Both the position numbers and the translations under genes were made by a program. A stretch of DNA of 61,672 nucleotides, filler included, from Basidiobolus ranarum (Eukaryota), in assembly GCA_040143965.1 (NCBI GenBank). It is 15 parts of 15 records of this genome, joined end to end, with 100 filler letters (N's around TTAATTAATTAA, not from the genome) between each part and the next. Parts side by side here need not be neighbours in the genome. Positions count along the whole stretch, not along the records: positions 1 to 4,029 come from JASJQH010009025.1; positions 4,130 to 8,156 come from JASJQH010009026.1; positions 8,257 to 12,282 come from JASJQH010009027.1; 12 more parts are not named here. One strand, written 5' to 3'. This document shows, piece after piece, positions 1 through 12,382 of the stretch. The notes beneath the pieces are model-generated. The model had not been told where the DNA came from, ran no database searches, and worked only from the letters and a program-made list of their open reading frames with translations. How positions within the stretch are numbered: position 1 is the first letter of the stretch; each line of letters starts with the position of its first letter.

Positions 1-300
1 GAGAAGACTATGGCTGATTTGGCATATGTTGGGGATGAATGCAGAAGGCTAGGATGTGTCACTGCTAACAAGAGGCCCAGAGGAGGGATACTCACAGAGA
101 GGCAAAAGCTTAATAATGACATTTTTTCCCATTTTATAGCAAGAGTAGAACATAGCTTTGGTTTCATAAAGAGATATAGCATTGTAGCAGGAAAGTATAG
201 AGGAAAATCATTTTGTGGGCCTTAATCAAAGTTAGGCAAAGTAGTCAAAATCCTGATTAATTCTTGATACATCCATACTCAAAGATATCCATTGAGAGCT
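1..300 (+). mobile_element. PIF/Harbinger-ISL2EU-like (DDE_Tnp_4) transposase C-terminal relic
   Basis: ADLAYVG...KRPRGGILTERQKLNNDIFSHFIARVEHSFGFIK fits the DDE_Tnp_4 pattern (D-x-x-Y...KP....LT..Q...N......R..VE..FG.LK). Confidence 0.75.
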
Positions 301-1636
301 CTGGACTTAAGACACTATGAATAAAGCTTTCTTCTTCTTTTGAATGTACAATAATGTCTAAAAGTACTTTTCTTACATATATCATATAAGTAAAATAAAC
401 TGTTTCCCAAACGGTAAAAAACATCATGCTGGATAGTGCCCAATCATGCCAATTTGTGCTGGCACACTTTTTAGCTGGCCTGATCTGGCTCAATAAAATG
501 GAACAAGTATAATAAATCAGCCAGCTTAGGATACAATACTCAAAGACAAATTCAAGATATTCACAAACTGAGTTTCCTAGTGAAATGGGCCTGGGAGTAT
601 TCCAGATAGGATGGAGCCAAGAGTAAAGATTTCCATATTGAATGGAGCCATACATAGAATGTTCCTTGGTGCTTGGCCTAAGAGTTGATAATAGTAAGTA
701 GTTGCTGAAAGTTGAGAAGTAAGAGCTGGGAAGATGCCTTTTGTTCCTTCCCAAGTAAGCATAAAAAGAATGTGAGTAGTATAGAAGAAGAGAGACAAGA
801 TGGGAATGGTGGGAGAGTAAAAAACACAATATCTATCCTTAATCCTGCACCTATTGATGAATACCCAGGAGGTGAAGTGAAACATAGCATCAGGGCATGG
901 GTTAGTGAAACCAGAGAGAGAGGTGAAAGATATGAATGTTCTGGTAAGGGTAATTATGAAAACAGGGGGTCTGGGCGACCTGGTCCTCCCAGTATAAAAA
1001 GAAAGCAGGGGGCTTGGGGATGGAATCCCTCAAGTACACCCTTCTGCCACAATATACTTAAGTTAATACTATATAAGAAAAATTGGGATTGCCTAAATCT
1101 TCCAAAGGTCAGATCTCTGACCTTGGACACATCTGAGACAGAAATAATTGATATTTTTTAATTTATTATTAATTTACCAGTCTCTGAAGAATTAAAGTGA
1201 AGATATTCTCCCTCATCTATAAGAGCTTTTAACCATTTTAATTTTATCATTGGTTGACTTGCTACCTTTTTAGCTTCATATTTTGCAATTTACTTATTAA
1301 GGATAATCTTTGTATACTTTTAAGAATAAAGAGAAAACTTGAGTGAAATTATGGATTTGTAACATTTGGAAGAACTTATGAAGAATACAATGTAGGTAAA
1401 GACAAAGTGAATATTGAAGATAACATATTTAAGTAACAATTATAGCAATATTGAAAGTGCTGATAAAAAGCTTTCTACTTGTAGTTGGTGACTCATGCTT
1501 TACAGATATTGATATATCACTAGCACTCAGCTGCATATATGTATGCTGATATACAAAATAGCAAAATAGCCACTAAAATTGATTTTTAGGTGGAAAAAGA
1601 TGTGTAATCACATTTAATTATGATTATATCGGATAC

Positions 1637-1780
1637 TGCTGAAGTTTATTGTCTTTATCATATTTGTTATCCCTATTTTTTTGCACCCAACAATCTCATA
1701 CATCACATATAAGTTAGTTAAGATTACTTAGGCAAATATCACTTAACTGCAAATGTGAACATATATTAGATATAGATACA
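1637..1780 (+). repeat. LTR-like repeat, family C (partial)
   Basis: Starts TGCTGAAGTTTATTGTC and is the reverse complement of 49445-49585, which ends ...AAACTTCAACA. Confidence 0.55.
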
Positions 1781-2099
1781 AATAATGTGAGAATTAGCAA
1801 TTCCATATTGGAAATTTTCAAGCTCATCCAAATTGCCCCAAAGATAGCTCATTTTACTCCTGCAGATGCTTGAAACACAACTCTTGTGTTAGCTTACTGT
1901 GTTTCCACCAAAATATGTAAATGCTTCATTTCTGGACAATAAATAATTATCTCAGAAAGCTATTCACAACTGCACATTTCTAAAGTTCCTACAAACAGCC
2001 CATATTTTCCCAATAGATACATATGGGTCTACAGTATGGAAAGAAAAGAAAAAGCTCTTTCTATCTTTAGAGATATTAAAACTCCTGAAGAGACTGAGA

Positions 2100-3484
2100 C
2101 TGGAACTAAAATCAAGTAAATAGGCACTGATACTGGTGGAGAATATATTTCAATGCAAATTAATAACTTTTGCAAAGTTCATGGAATTAAGCAAGTAACC
2201 ACTGCCCCCTATTCACCTCAACAAAATGGAGTTGCTGAGAAAGCTAATAGGACTATAACAGAAATGGCAAGATCTGTGATAAATGCACAAAATTAACTCC
2301 CAATTCTATGGCAGAATCTGTTGCTGTATCAGTATACCTCAAGAATAGAAGTTTGACTACAAGTCTGGCTAACTCTGTACTATATCAAGCTTGGTTTGGA
2401 GTTAAACCTGATGTAAAACATCACAAGATCTTTGGATGCTTTGCTTATGTCAAAAATATGAACAAAAATTGGTCTAGATCTGATCCAAAAAGTAATAAAT
2501 ACATATTTCTGAGTTAATGTATTCTAACTATGATCTACAAACTCTATGATACAAAAGATTCAGAGTTAGTCAAGGCCAGGCATGTTTTACTTGATGACAA
2601 TGCAAATTTTCCATTTATAATGATCTCAGATGATGATGAGAATGGATCTTCTCCCAATCCAATCATTCAAATTGACTTGTACAGGAACAACAAAGAAAAT
2701 AGCATTCCTATGGGCTTTTCAACCAAAATTCAGCCTATTGAAGTGCCAAATACAATGCCAGAGGCTGTAGTACCTTTATCTGAAACCATGAGATCAAATC
2801 AGATAGGAAATAGCCCTGATCACTATATCAATGAGTCTCAAAATTGGGCCTGTGCCTGCAAAGCTCACATATATGGGCCCCAGACTGTAAAAGAGGCCCT
2901 GAATGACCCTCATGCAAGATTTAGGAGATATGCAATGGCAGATGAGTGCCAGGCTTTGATTGAAAATAAATTTGGAGTTTAACCAACTTTCCTGAAGATT
3001 GAGAATCAATTAGCTGTGAATAGGTGTTTTGAGCTAAACCCAACTCTAATGGCATTATGTAAAGATTTAAGGCTCAATTGGTGGCCAAAGGGTATTTCAA
3101 ATGCCAAGAATAGATTATACTGTAACTTTTACTCCTGCAGCAAAGTATAGTTCAATTTGATTGCTTTTAGCAATTTCAGCCAAATATCAGTTGATAATAC
3201 ATCAAATGGATGTTGAAGCTGCTTTTGAGAATGGTGAGCTTGCTGAGGAGATCTATATGGACCAGCCAGATGGATTTGTGGATCCATAAAGTCCTAAAAA
3301 AGTTTTTGGACTCCAGAAAATGCTGTATGGCTTAAAACAATCTCCCAGAGCTTGGATTAGCAAGATGGATCCTTTTTGCCAAAATGCAAATTCCAAAAGA
3401 GTAATGCTAACTATGGTATCTACTTCAGGCCTGATAAAACAAACCTAGTTTTATTAGCCTTATGGTAAGATGATCCTACTATAT
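2100..3484 (+). mobile_element. Ty1/Copia retrotransposon relic (integrase to reverse transcriptase), degenerate
   Basis: Integrase TAPYSPQQNGVAEKANRTITEMARS and KIFGCFAYV; RT IHQMDVEAAF.NGELAEEIYMDQPDGF and LYGLKQSPRAW. Many stops and frameshifts. Confidence 0.92.
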
Positions 3485-4029
3485 CCCTAACAGAAGTTTG
3501 AGGATTGTTATCATAGGAAAACCATCACAATTTTAATCTATTTGGGATTGACCATTTACTTAGCATCATAAAATTGTCAAGTTAGATTTGATTTTAATCA
3601 ATTTTTTCAGTTTCAGGAGTGAAGTTTCAAGATCTCATGAAATAGTTGCATAGTATTGGCTACAATCTCACAGAACTATGGATCAACACATGTGTGAAAA
3701 ATGTAAATCAAATTTTACAAAATTACCACTTGAATGTCTACTTGTCACCTTTGAAATCCCTAGTCTCTTTGATATATTCTGCTGAATATTTTTATAGAGT
3801 TCTTCATACCCAAGGTTTAGCTCATACCCAACACAAGTTGGTGTCAATATCTCCATCAAAGCCCACCATTGTATTAATGTTGCTGAATCAACATTCTTCC
3901 AGATATCTGGTGGATACCCTGCAATATTGTGTCACTCTGTATTAAGTTCTTCCCAGATATCTGCACAGCAAACAGCAGACGGAATGTCAAGTGGAATGTT
4001 CTTCTTCTGAGGCCAATTTCTGCATACTT
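3485..4029 (-). mobile_element. Terminal segment of a DNA transposon (terminus CCCTAACAG) with a decayed ORF, inserted into the Copia RT
   Basis: The same segment occurs inverted at 49762-50227 (ending CTGTAAGGG) and about 36100-36408. The copies end at the same point. The minus frame reads ...DIWEELNTE*HNIAGYPPDIWKNVDSATLIQWWALMEIL... Confidence 0.65.
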
Positions 4030-4129
4030 NNNNNNNNNNNNNNNNNNNNNNNNNNNNNNNNNNNNNNNNNNNNTTAATTAATTAANNNNNNNNNNNNNNN
4101 NNNNNNNNNNNNNNNNNNNNNNNNNNNNN
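4030..4129. other. Artificial contig-joining linker (N44-TTAATTAATTAA-N44), first of 14
   Basis: Identical 100-bp spacers with stops in all six frames start at 4030, 8157, 12283, 16408, 20530, 24650, 28770, 32889, 37007, 41122, 45235, 49345, 53455 and 57564. Contig lengths fall steadily from 4029 to 4009 bp. Confidence 0.99.
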
Positions 4130-6738
4130 ATCTGAAAAGTGAAGGTTTCTTTGATAACATGTATGATCATGCATTTGCATTGGCTCTGGATGGTTTCTCA
4201 CTAAACAAATACACCATTGGAAAGGCTTGCTGGCCAATAATTTTGATCAACTTAAATCTTCCTCCTTCTGAATGGTATAAGAGTCATAATATTTTGATAC
4301 TATCCATCATATCTGGACCTAAATCACCAGGGCTTATAGATAGCTTCTTGGAGCCTTTGGTTGCGGAATTTCAATGGTTATCTAATGGTGTTCAAATGGG
4401 TGATCATTTTACAAAGGCATATTTCATTGTATGTATTGGTGACACTCCTGCCACCTATAAGCTTCAAGGTTTTTGCAGGCATGATGCACTATCTTGCTGT
4501 AGATTTTGTCAAATCAATGGAGTTTACACTATCAGGCATACACTTTACTACAATCAAAATACAACACTAAACTCCATGATTTTACAATCATGAGGATGAT
4601 CAGATTTCAGCATGATCACTAATATCAATTCATGAAATAGCCTGTATAACATCTAACTTGGTATTAGCCATAAGCCAAAGATTATATTGCTAAAGGGGAT
4701 CAGCTGGAGCCAGAGCTTCCCATTAGGCACTATGCACTTACTATTTAACAACATTGTAATACTATTTACTCAGCTATATAGCGGAAAGTTCAATAGGAAT
4801 GAGCCATTGAAGATAGGATCAAAGTTTGAATCAATTCCTTTCGAAAATGATTAAAAATGTCAAGATATACTCATATTTTACCAGGACTCTCATCAATATC
4901 CACTCATCTAGGTGTTTGTACAAATGCAAAGACTGGAGGTATTGGATTTGTGTATATTCAACTGGATTCTTGAAAAGATTTCTACCTGATAAGTATTGGC
5001 AACTTTGGGAGTTGCTTGTCAATATTATTTGTATATTCTGATGGCAACAACTCACATTGGCAGATCACAGGCAGATACAGTAGCTGTGCAAAGATTTTGT
5101 AATTGGAGATGAAAAACCTGATTACATGTAAGAAGAAGATAGACTGAATCAATGTAGGTATTCAATACATTCCCTGCTGCATCTTTCACAATGCTTAGAT
5201 ATTATACACCCTTGTTATACATTCTGGGAGTTCCCAATGGAGTGCATCTGTGGGTAATGATGCTCCATGTTAAATCCTCTATATTTCCATATGCTAATCT
5301 GATTAATGGTGTATCAGCAAAATCAGTGATGGATGTATTGTAATGGGTTAAGGAGATTTCTAGGTATATTAACCTTTCAACAATGAGCTTTTTCCAATGT
5401 GCTCATGGGTTCTCACATTGTTTGAGCACAATAACAGCAATAAAATGAAATTGATGGACACAGAGTACTACCTCTGTAATTTTGACCAATTTGTTTGTCT
5501 GATTATCTGACAGTATTTCTAAGAAAGCTGCAAAACACACTTCTGGGGGAGATAGATCAAGATACATAGTATTCACATTTTAGCTAAGGCTAATCTATTC
5601 AAGCAATGACACATCTCCTTGTGGCAAGACATTTGTTGACTGCAAGTTTGGGATATATTGGCTGAATTCTTTATCAAAATTTGCCCAAAATCCATGAGCT
5701 TATTCTCATTGTGAATGGTAACAAGTGTCACAATAAGGAACTGGAAAAGGACTGGAAACCACAACAAGAGGCTAGAAGGCAGGAGAGTACTTAGGTGTAG
5801 ATCATAAGATAAGACTGGACAAAGAAGATAGTTTGGCAAGAATCTTTATTGATAACTGACATTGTTCAGACTGAGATCTGATCAAGGAATACATGGGGCT
5901 TATATAGATATTGCAAGGTGAAACATAATATACTGAATAGGGAATATACTCTGGCAAGTTCAAGAGTCAGCATGTGGGGACTACAAGGACCAATACAAAG
6001 AGGGATGATGTAAAGATGATCAGGTGACCTTCCATGGAAGGTCTTGGCAGAAATACACCATATGTTGGATGACATGATTGTTCAGGTTTCATGGAATGTT
6101 CCAAAGAACATGACTTCCATATAAGGTAATCAGGATGAACCAGCACAAGATTGCCAAGAAGGGATGGCACAGCAGACAAGATGTCAAAATCTAATAATAG
6201 AAGAGTTCTGTTTGCAGTGGATCAGTATGCCAAGATTAGAATCATGACAACAAGAGTCAGATATTTGCTAAGTGTCAGTGCTATTCAAAATTTCAGATGT
6301 TTAGCAATTTTTTCACCATTAGTTTGCTGGTAAAGCATATTGATGTTTTTGAATTATGTGTGATAAGTCAAGTATGTGCATATGTAAAGACTAAGCACTA
6401 CAAGATTCTTGTATTTTTTGATTCTCATTATGGCTGGAATACAAAGCCAAAAATTTCTAAATAAAGACATGCATATTGATTTGAATTCCTACAGCAGTAA
6501 ACCTGGTAACTTGCCATTTGGAAATTATATTGTTACAAAAATTGCTGGAAATTATTAACACATGTCAAATATGAGGATCAATATTTTAACATATATGAAT
6601 ACCATCAAGAAACCATCATCACAAAATCAAAGTCCCTGTGAGAATGCAAGCCACTGATATTGTGATGGTTGTCTGATAGTTTTGTGATTTTGGAGAGTGG
6701 GTCCTATCCTGATTACTTTGATTTTATTTTTGTTAGGG
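4130..6738 (+). mobile_element. CACTA/EnSpm-type (Transposase_21/TnpD) DNA transposon relic with its 3' terminus ...TTTTGTTAGGG
   Basis: LALDGF...CWPIILINLNLPP..WYK.HNILILSIISGPKSP..IDSFLEPLV.E, IGDTPA..KL.GF..H.A...CRFC, and the downstream H.L.HL...GP...WEFPME motif. Homologous copies at 50240-51815, 59570-61500 and 35130-35584. Confidence 0.88.
5726..6249. mobile_element. Solo LTR (probably Gypsy-type) with a 5-bp target-site duplication, nested in the CACTA transposase
   Basis: Ends TGTCACAAT...ATCATGACA, flanked by ACAAG at 5721-5725 and 6250-6254. Removing it restores the transposase sequence seen uninterrupted at about 51000-51050 (minus strand). A partial copy lies at 49590-49761. Confidence 0.88.
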
Positions 6739-6852
6739 AATTGTGACTGTTTGCTTGCTACAACAATTAATAAATTTCCATCAGGGAGTCATATCCTGAT
6801 TTTAAGTTCACCATATGTACATAGTGTTCACTTCCTCTTTTAGAGGTGTTAT

Positions 6853-7200
6853 TGTTATAGTATTTGGGAGCCTGTTGGAAATAGTTGGGAGAATTTACAG
6901 ATATTGATGGCTCTCACTTATTGATATATTGAGTAGAAAGTTGATACTAGTAGCTTGGTGAAGATGTAAACAAACTAATAAGAGGAATGTTTTAAGGAAG
7001 GCTACATGAACATGCATGTAAAGTTTGGGGTTTAGAGCACAAGTTTAAAATATCTATATTTCTGAGAACTTCTAAGTTGGTAAAATATTTGAAGTAAATT
7101 CCTATTGAGAATAATGGATAAAATCTTAGTGAATTATAAGAAAACTAAGTAGTCAGCTATATATGTCTATATAGGTGCTTAGGTATTACTAATTTCCACA
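6853..7200 (-). repeat. Copia 3' LTR, family A
   Basis: On the minus strand it follows the RNaseH end and the PPT AGTTGAGAAAAAG, starts TGTGGAAATTAG and ends ...TATAACA. Homologues at 12027, 20371, 28251 and 28684. Confidence 0.85.
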
Positions 7201-8015
7201 CTTTTTCTCAACTAAATAGTTCTAAAAACTAATCCTAATTAACATCTAAATATCTCAAATTTCTGTCTGGCTATTGGTTTGGTGAATGTACTGGCAATAT
7301 GTCTTTGGCAGAACAATATGTCAAGTCTGTAAACATATTCCCTATAGTCTCTCAAATGAAGTGGTGTCTAATATCTATATGTTTGCTTCTATTATGAAAC
7401 ATGGGACTTTAGTTAATTTGATTCCACTTTGTTTATCTGAAAATAATGTAGTTGGTGAGTTTTGAGAAGGACCTAAATCTGTTACAAGTCTTCTTGACCA
7501 TATGCTTCTTTTTGTGTCTCACAGGCAGCCATGTTTTCTGCTTCTGCTGTCAAAAGTGCATTGGTAGGTTGTTTCTTTGATTTCCAGGAAATAGCTTCAT
7601 GATAGCAAATAAATAGATATTCTGTTGTAGATCTGCTTTCTTCAATATCTGTTCCCCAATTTGCTTCTAATTTCCAATCAGATTAAAGTTTGATCCACAA
7701 TATGTTTATCTCAAACACAGATGCACAGTACCTTTCAAATATCAGTAAATCTGCTTAACTGCCATGATTTGATCAGATTGGCAATTTTGAAAATATTAGC
7801 ACATAGCCCCCATGGAGTATTCAATATTCAGCCATTTTCCAACCATGGTGTACATCAAACTACCTACTATATATTGATATGAAAATTACTGGCTTTTATC
7901 TAAATCCAAAAACATCTAGTTTGAGCCATTTTTGGTAAAATCAAGATTTTACTCTATTGAAGTAGATACTGGATTACATTCTCTCATTTTGAACTTTTTT
8001 AGTATATTCAGGATA
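7201..8015 (-). mobile_element. Ty1/Copia RT-RNaseH relic
   Basis: Minus-strand motifs DIEESRSTTEY, ISWKSKKQPT.ALLTAEAE, DKQSGI.L and FH.RSKHIDIRHHFI. Confidence 0.9.
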
Positions 8016-8156
8016 TGATAAAAGTGTTTAGGGGATTTGGAAGTGTTTTGGACAAGATTTGGATTTGTGAATTGGACACTTAAGTTTTATTGAATTGAAT
8101 ATGTCCTATTTATAGTTTACTATGAAATAGGACTATTGGACGTGCTTAGATCATAA
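8016..8156 (-). repeat. Copia LTR family B, 3' part, nested in the family A element
   Basis: Reverse complement of 59420-59560; also matches 34919-35060. Confidence 0.85.
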
Positions 8157-9924
8157 NNNNNNNNNNNNNNNNNNNNNNNNNNNNNNNNNNNNNNNNNNNN
8201 TTAATTAATTAANNNNNNNNNNNNNNNNNNNNNNNNNNNNNNNNNNNNNNNNNNNNATAGATTGATTCCTAACCCACTGAAACACCACAATCAGTGAGCG
8301 ACCAAACACTCTGCAAGGGGTTTTAGATAGCATCCATTCTGGCCAAAATATCCGATTTGTTTTGATGGGATGATTCAGTCCTTTTCACCAGATCGACATC
8401 TGTGTAGATTATATGGTATCTGAGGGATTTCCGTCAAATCGGTTGTAGAGTGGATCGAACGATTCAAATATACACGCTGCTCTCAACCAATGTATTACAG
8501 CTCAATTCAGGTGCGCACAAGATTCGGATTCGGATTGGGATTGGGATTCGACGGCGGTGGCAATAGTGCTAGCGATAGTTTGGTTGGATGCTAGCAGAGC
8601 AGGAATGGTCACCAGATGTTGCTCATTTCATCGAACGTACTGGAGATCATTATTTAGATTGCAGCAGGCAGTTGGCTTACAGCCATCCCTCGATATCCAA
8701 CCGGCAATTTCCCCGCAGTGTATTGAAGAGCTTGTATTAGCCGCCCTGCTTGAATGTGACCATATGAAGTCTCTTGTTGTCCCTCGGAGTTACCAAACCT
8801 GATTGAGGGGATATCTAGCTTCGACTAGAGGGGTGGAAGAGTTGCGGATGCGAGTCAACGCCCGAACCTATCCGCGTAACGACGAGGCTTCAGTGCACCG
8901 GGAAGGGTCGACACCGCGCCAGCCAGAACTATGCCACCCTCACCAGCACATCCCAAATTCTCTCGAGATACAAGCATTCGGATATCTTTCGGAACACACG
9001 GGTTAGGGGGCGATGATTCCCTGGGAGTGATAAGGTCTTGCAATATTCTATTAAGAGTGAAATGGATTCACGAAACCGACCGTCCAAATAGGAAGTGGGA
9101 TTCTTAATGGACCGATGCGAACACCCTTTGGACCATGTGAAGATATGGCAAAGGGAGTTTCGAATTAAGTGAATCATTTGGAAGGCATATAAATTGATGA
9201 CTTCGGATGCAATTGGCTCGAATCGAACCTCGACCCCAGTCACCCATTGGCAGGGTTTGACATGCTACGGAGTCTAGAACCAGCTTGGACTTCTGATACT
9301 CTGTTAGGCTTTCGTATGGAATTAGGCCCATTTGAGCAGGATTCCGAAGGAGATCGTAGTTACTCAACGCCATATATATTCTGCTTGGTTGGGATGCGCC
9401 AACCGGGTGAAATAACCACATGTACGATGAAATTAGAGTTGAGCCTTTCAGGGTTCACATAGGCGATCTTTGGATTTCCCATATATAGATTAGGAATCAT
9501 TTGAAAGTCAGTGGTTTCAGAAGCAACACCATCTTTTGGGCCTCGCAATGTGCTATCCTGTGTCTGTTGACGAATACGTGGCACCATTCTTGGGTGGATG
9601 TCTGTCTGTCGCGACTGTTTGCTCTCGCCTCCAGGTATTAGATAGCCCCTGCATGGCCAGATCCACCGGTTGATTATGTGGAGAGAGACTGGACAGGGGG
9701 TGGGCTTGGTTTAAGGTAAAGTTTGAATGCTGTGAGCGGAATCTTATCCTGGGTTGAGATCGTGTGTGGTGATCGTATGTGATGATCGCCAAGTAAGGAA
9801 CCTTAGACCTAAGCCCGTACAAAAGAAGCGAGCATCTCAGAGAGACTGTAACTCGGGTTTCTAGCATGAGAGCGAGCCACACATTTCCCAGCTAAGAAGG
9901 GAAGCTTGTTTGGGGCTCGACTCA

Positions 9925-9970
9925 CACGGCACCGCACCGCACCACACTGCACCAAACCACACCGCCACAC
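9925..9970 (+). repeat. Degenerate pentamer microsatellite (CACCG/CACCA)n
   Basis: cacggcaccgcaccgcaccacactgcaccaaaccacaccgccacac. Confidence 0.7.
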
Positions 9971-12026
9971 TAATATGCTATTGACTCTCAGACGGATCCA
10001 TTGATAGGCTAATCCAAAAATCAGAAGCTCGATCTCCTAAACAGTATCTGTTGCGATCGATATCTGTCCGCTGCTCGTTCTGCAGAATTCCAAATCCCCG
10101 TTCAACTACATTTCGACCTTGAATGATACTAAATTGGCGGGATTCACCTAACCAGCGGTTCAGTGGATTGGCTATTCTGCTTCCCCGTATCTGGGTAATC
10201 ATATGACTCGGAAGTCAGCCAAGCCTCATACTACAAGGGTCAAGTAGAATAAGTGTGGTAAGATTAGGATGGATACAGGTAAGCAGTCAGCCAATACAAA
10301 TTCAAGTATTAAGCTTGGTGTTTGAAATAGCCTGCGGTCTGTGAAGTCCCTTCTCTTTACCTCTTGACTTACCTGGGTCAGGGTAGCTTTCTTCCCCGCC
10401 GTTGCTATTTCAATACGCCCACTGTGGGATCTTTCGCAAGTGCAGTATCTCTTGATCACGTGGCGCTCTCCTCGGGTCGGATAAATTCCAATTGAGCCCC
10501 TAATCTGATCAGAATTCAATAGAGGAAATGATACCGGTAAGTACAGAAACATATGTGACTCCATAGCAAATTAGATTGCAAGGGATTATCAATCAATGGT
10601 TAGGGTTAAAGGAGACCGCACGAATGGGTACATCCCGAGGGATTTACCTAGATCCTTAACTGAACCGTCACCTATCAACATAGAAATCTAGCTGGAAATG
10701 ACAGAATCCAATTCAAGAAGTGGTCTTGTTCATTGACAGATCTGATCGTATTGTCATACATATCCAGATGTATCGTATCCCTATATAGACCTAGTGGGTA
10801 CATTGTTGATGTGGTTGGGTTGGACAATCTTATCATTCTATCAATCTCTCCTAATGGGGAATTAAGCTGCTATCTATAGACACATCCATACACTTCCAAA
10901 CCTGAAATCCCCCCGCTTGGTACTCAACGTCTACATATGAGTTGAGGTGAACTAGTACCATTGTTATAGTTACCCAATCGGTCCATTGAAAGGGTAGTTT
11001 GATATACCCTATAGCAAGCCAATAATAAGACATATCACGGATACACTCAAATATAAATCATTCGAATGAAACATCACCTACGATAAAGATTAGTAAAAAT
11101 GAATCTTTTTCAAAATGGAATTCCATTGATTTTTCTTTTGGATTGATCTACTTTAGCAAACCATTTTGGTTGGTTTTTAACCAGTGTGAAGTGGTCTATT
11201 TTTGCATCAAATTTGGGATTTTGCTCTGATGTGTTATGTATTGAAAATTCTAGTCATTGAACTAATTCTATTTGGTTATATATAGGCATGAATAAGTAGT
11301 AGGTGTATATGTTTGTCAATGAAATATTATTTAATGCTACTCGTAAGATGAGATTATCTCCATGAATCCATAGCAGCAAGTAGTAAGTGGTAATCATCCC
11401 ACAGAATCTATTATCTATTTAACCTAGCAGTTTGCGATATATCATACTAGATAAAACAATCTGAATGGAATCTACTTTACAATAGTTTTTATGCATAATT
11501 TCACTCGGAATGAAAAATTCAAGATTTTCAATCTAGATTCAAGAGGTCAACATTAGTTCATGATTTTTAGAATTTCATACTCACCACTCATATTCAATAT
11601 TAGTAATTGGTAAAATGGAATATATATATAGCATAGAATATTCTAATGCTAAATTCAATATGTAGGGCTGAGTCTACTCTTTTCAATCAATACTACTTAC
11701 AGCAGCTTATCCGTTGATTAAAGTGAACTACTCATATGAATGGGATTTGTGTACAGCTTGATGTTCTTCACACTGTTTACTATTCAGTGCCTTTTAAGTA
11801 TGATATGTCACAATCATTCATGATGCAACGCACTTCAATATCCAAGTATTCAAACTCAGAAAATTTCGTGGAATTAAACTAACAAATAATTCCTTGTCCC
11901 ATTTATTCCTACTTTCCCAATGATTGTCAGAGCATGCCAGTATAACAGAGTGAGATGAAGTGGATTCAGCTACAAGAACACCATTATGCCATGTATTTGA
12001 AAATACATCCACATCTGGAGAGTAAG

Positions 12027-12282
12027 TGTTGAAATTGGCATCGCATAAACACCTATATAGTTATATATTGCTCAGTATTTAGTTATCCGATATTGAACTA
12101 AGATATCACCTAATATTCTCAATCGAAACTGAGAATATTTTTACCAACTTAGAAGTTGTCAGATATATAGATTTTTCAAACTTGTGCTAGAAGCTGTAAA
12201 CTTTGCACACATGCTCCTGGGACCTTCCTCAACATATTCTACACGTTAGTTTGTTTACATCTTGACAAAAGTATAAATGTCA
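12027..12282 (+). repeat. Copia LTR family A (cut by contig end)
   Basis: Starts TGTTGAAATTGGCATCGC and aligns with 28251-28450 and the reverse complement of 6853-7200. Confidence 0.85.
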
Positions 12283-12382
12283 NNNNNNNNNNNNNNNNNN
12301 NNNNNNNNNNNNNNNNNNNNNNNNNNTTAATTAATTAANNNNNNNNNNNNNNNNNNNNNNNNNNNNNNNNNNNNNNNNNNNN

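Noticed and set aside
10366-10380. ACTTACCTGG as a U1 snRNA 5' end
   Set aside because: No U1 stem-loop I/II loops or Sm site follow. It is better explained as the reverse complement of a CAG|GTAAGT splice donor.
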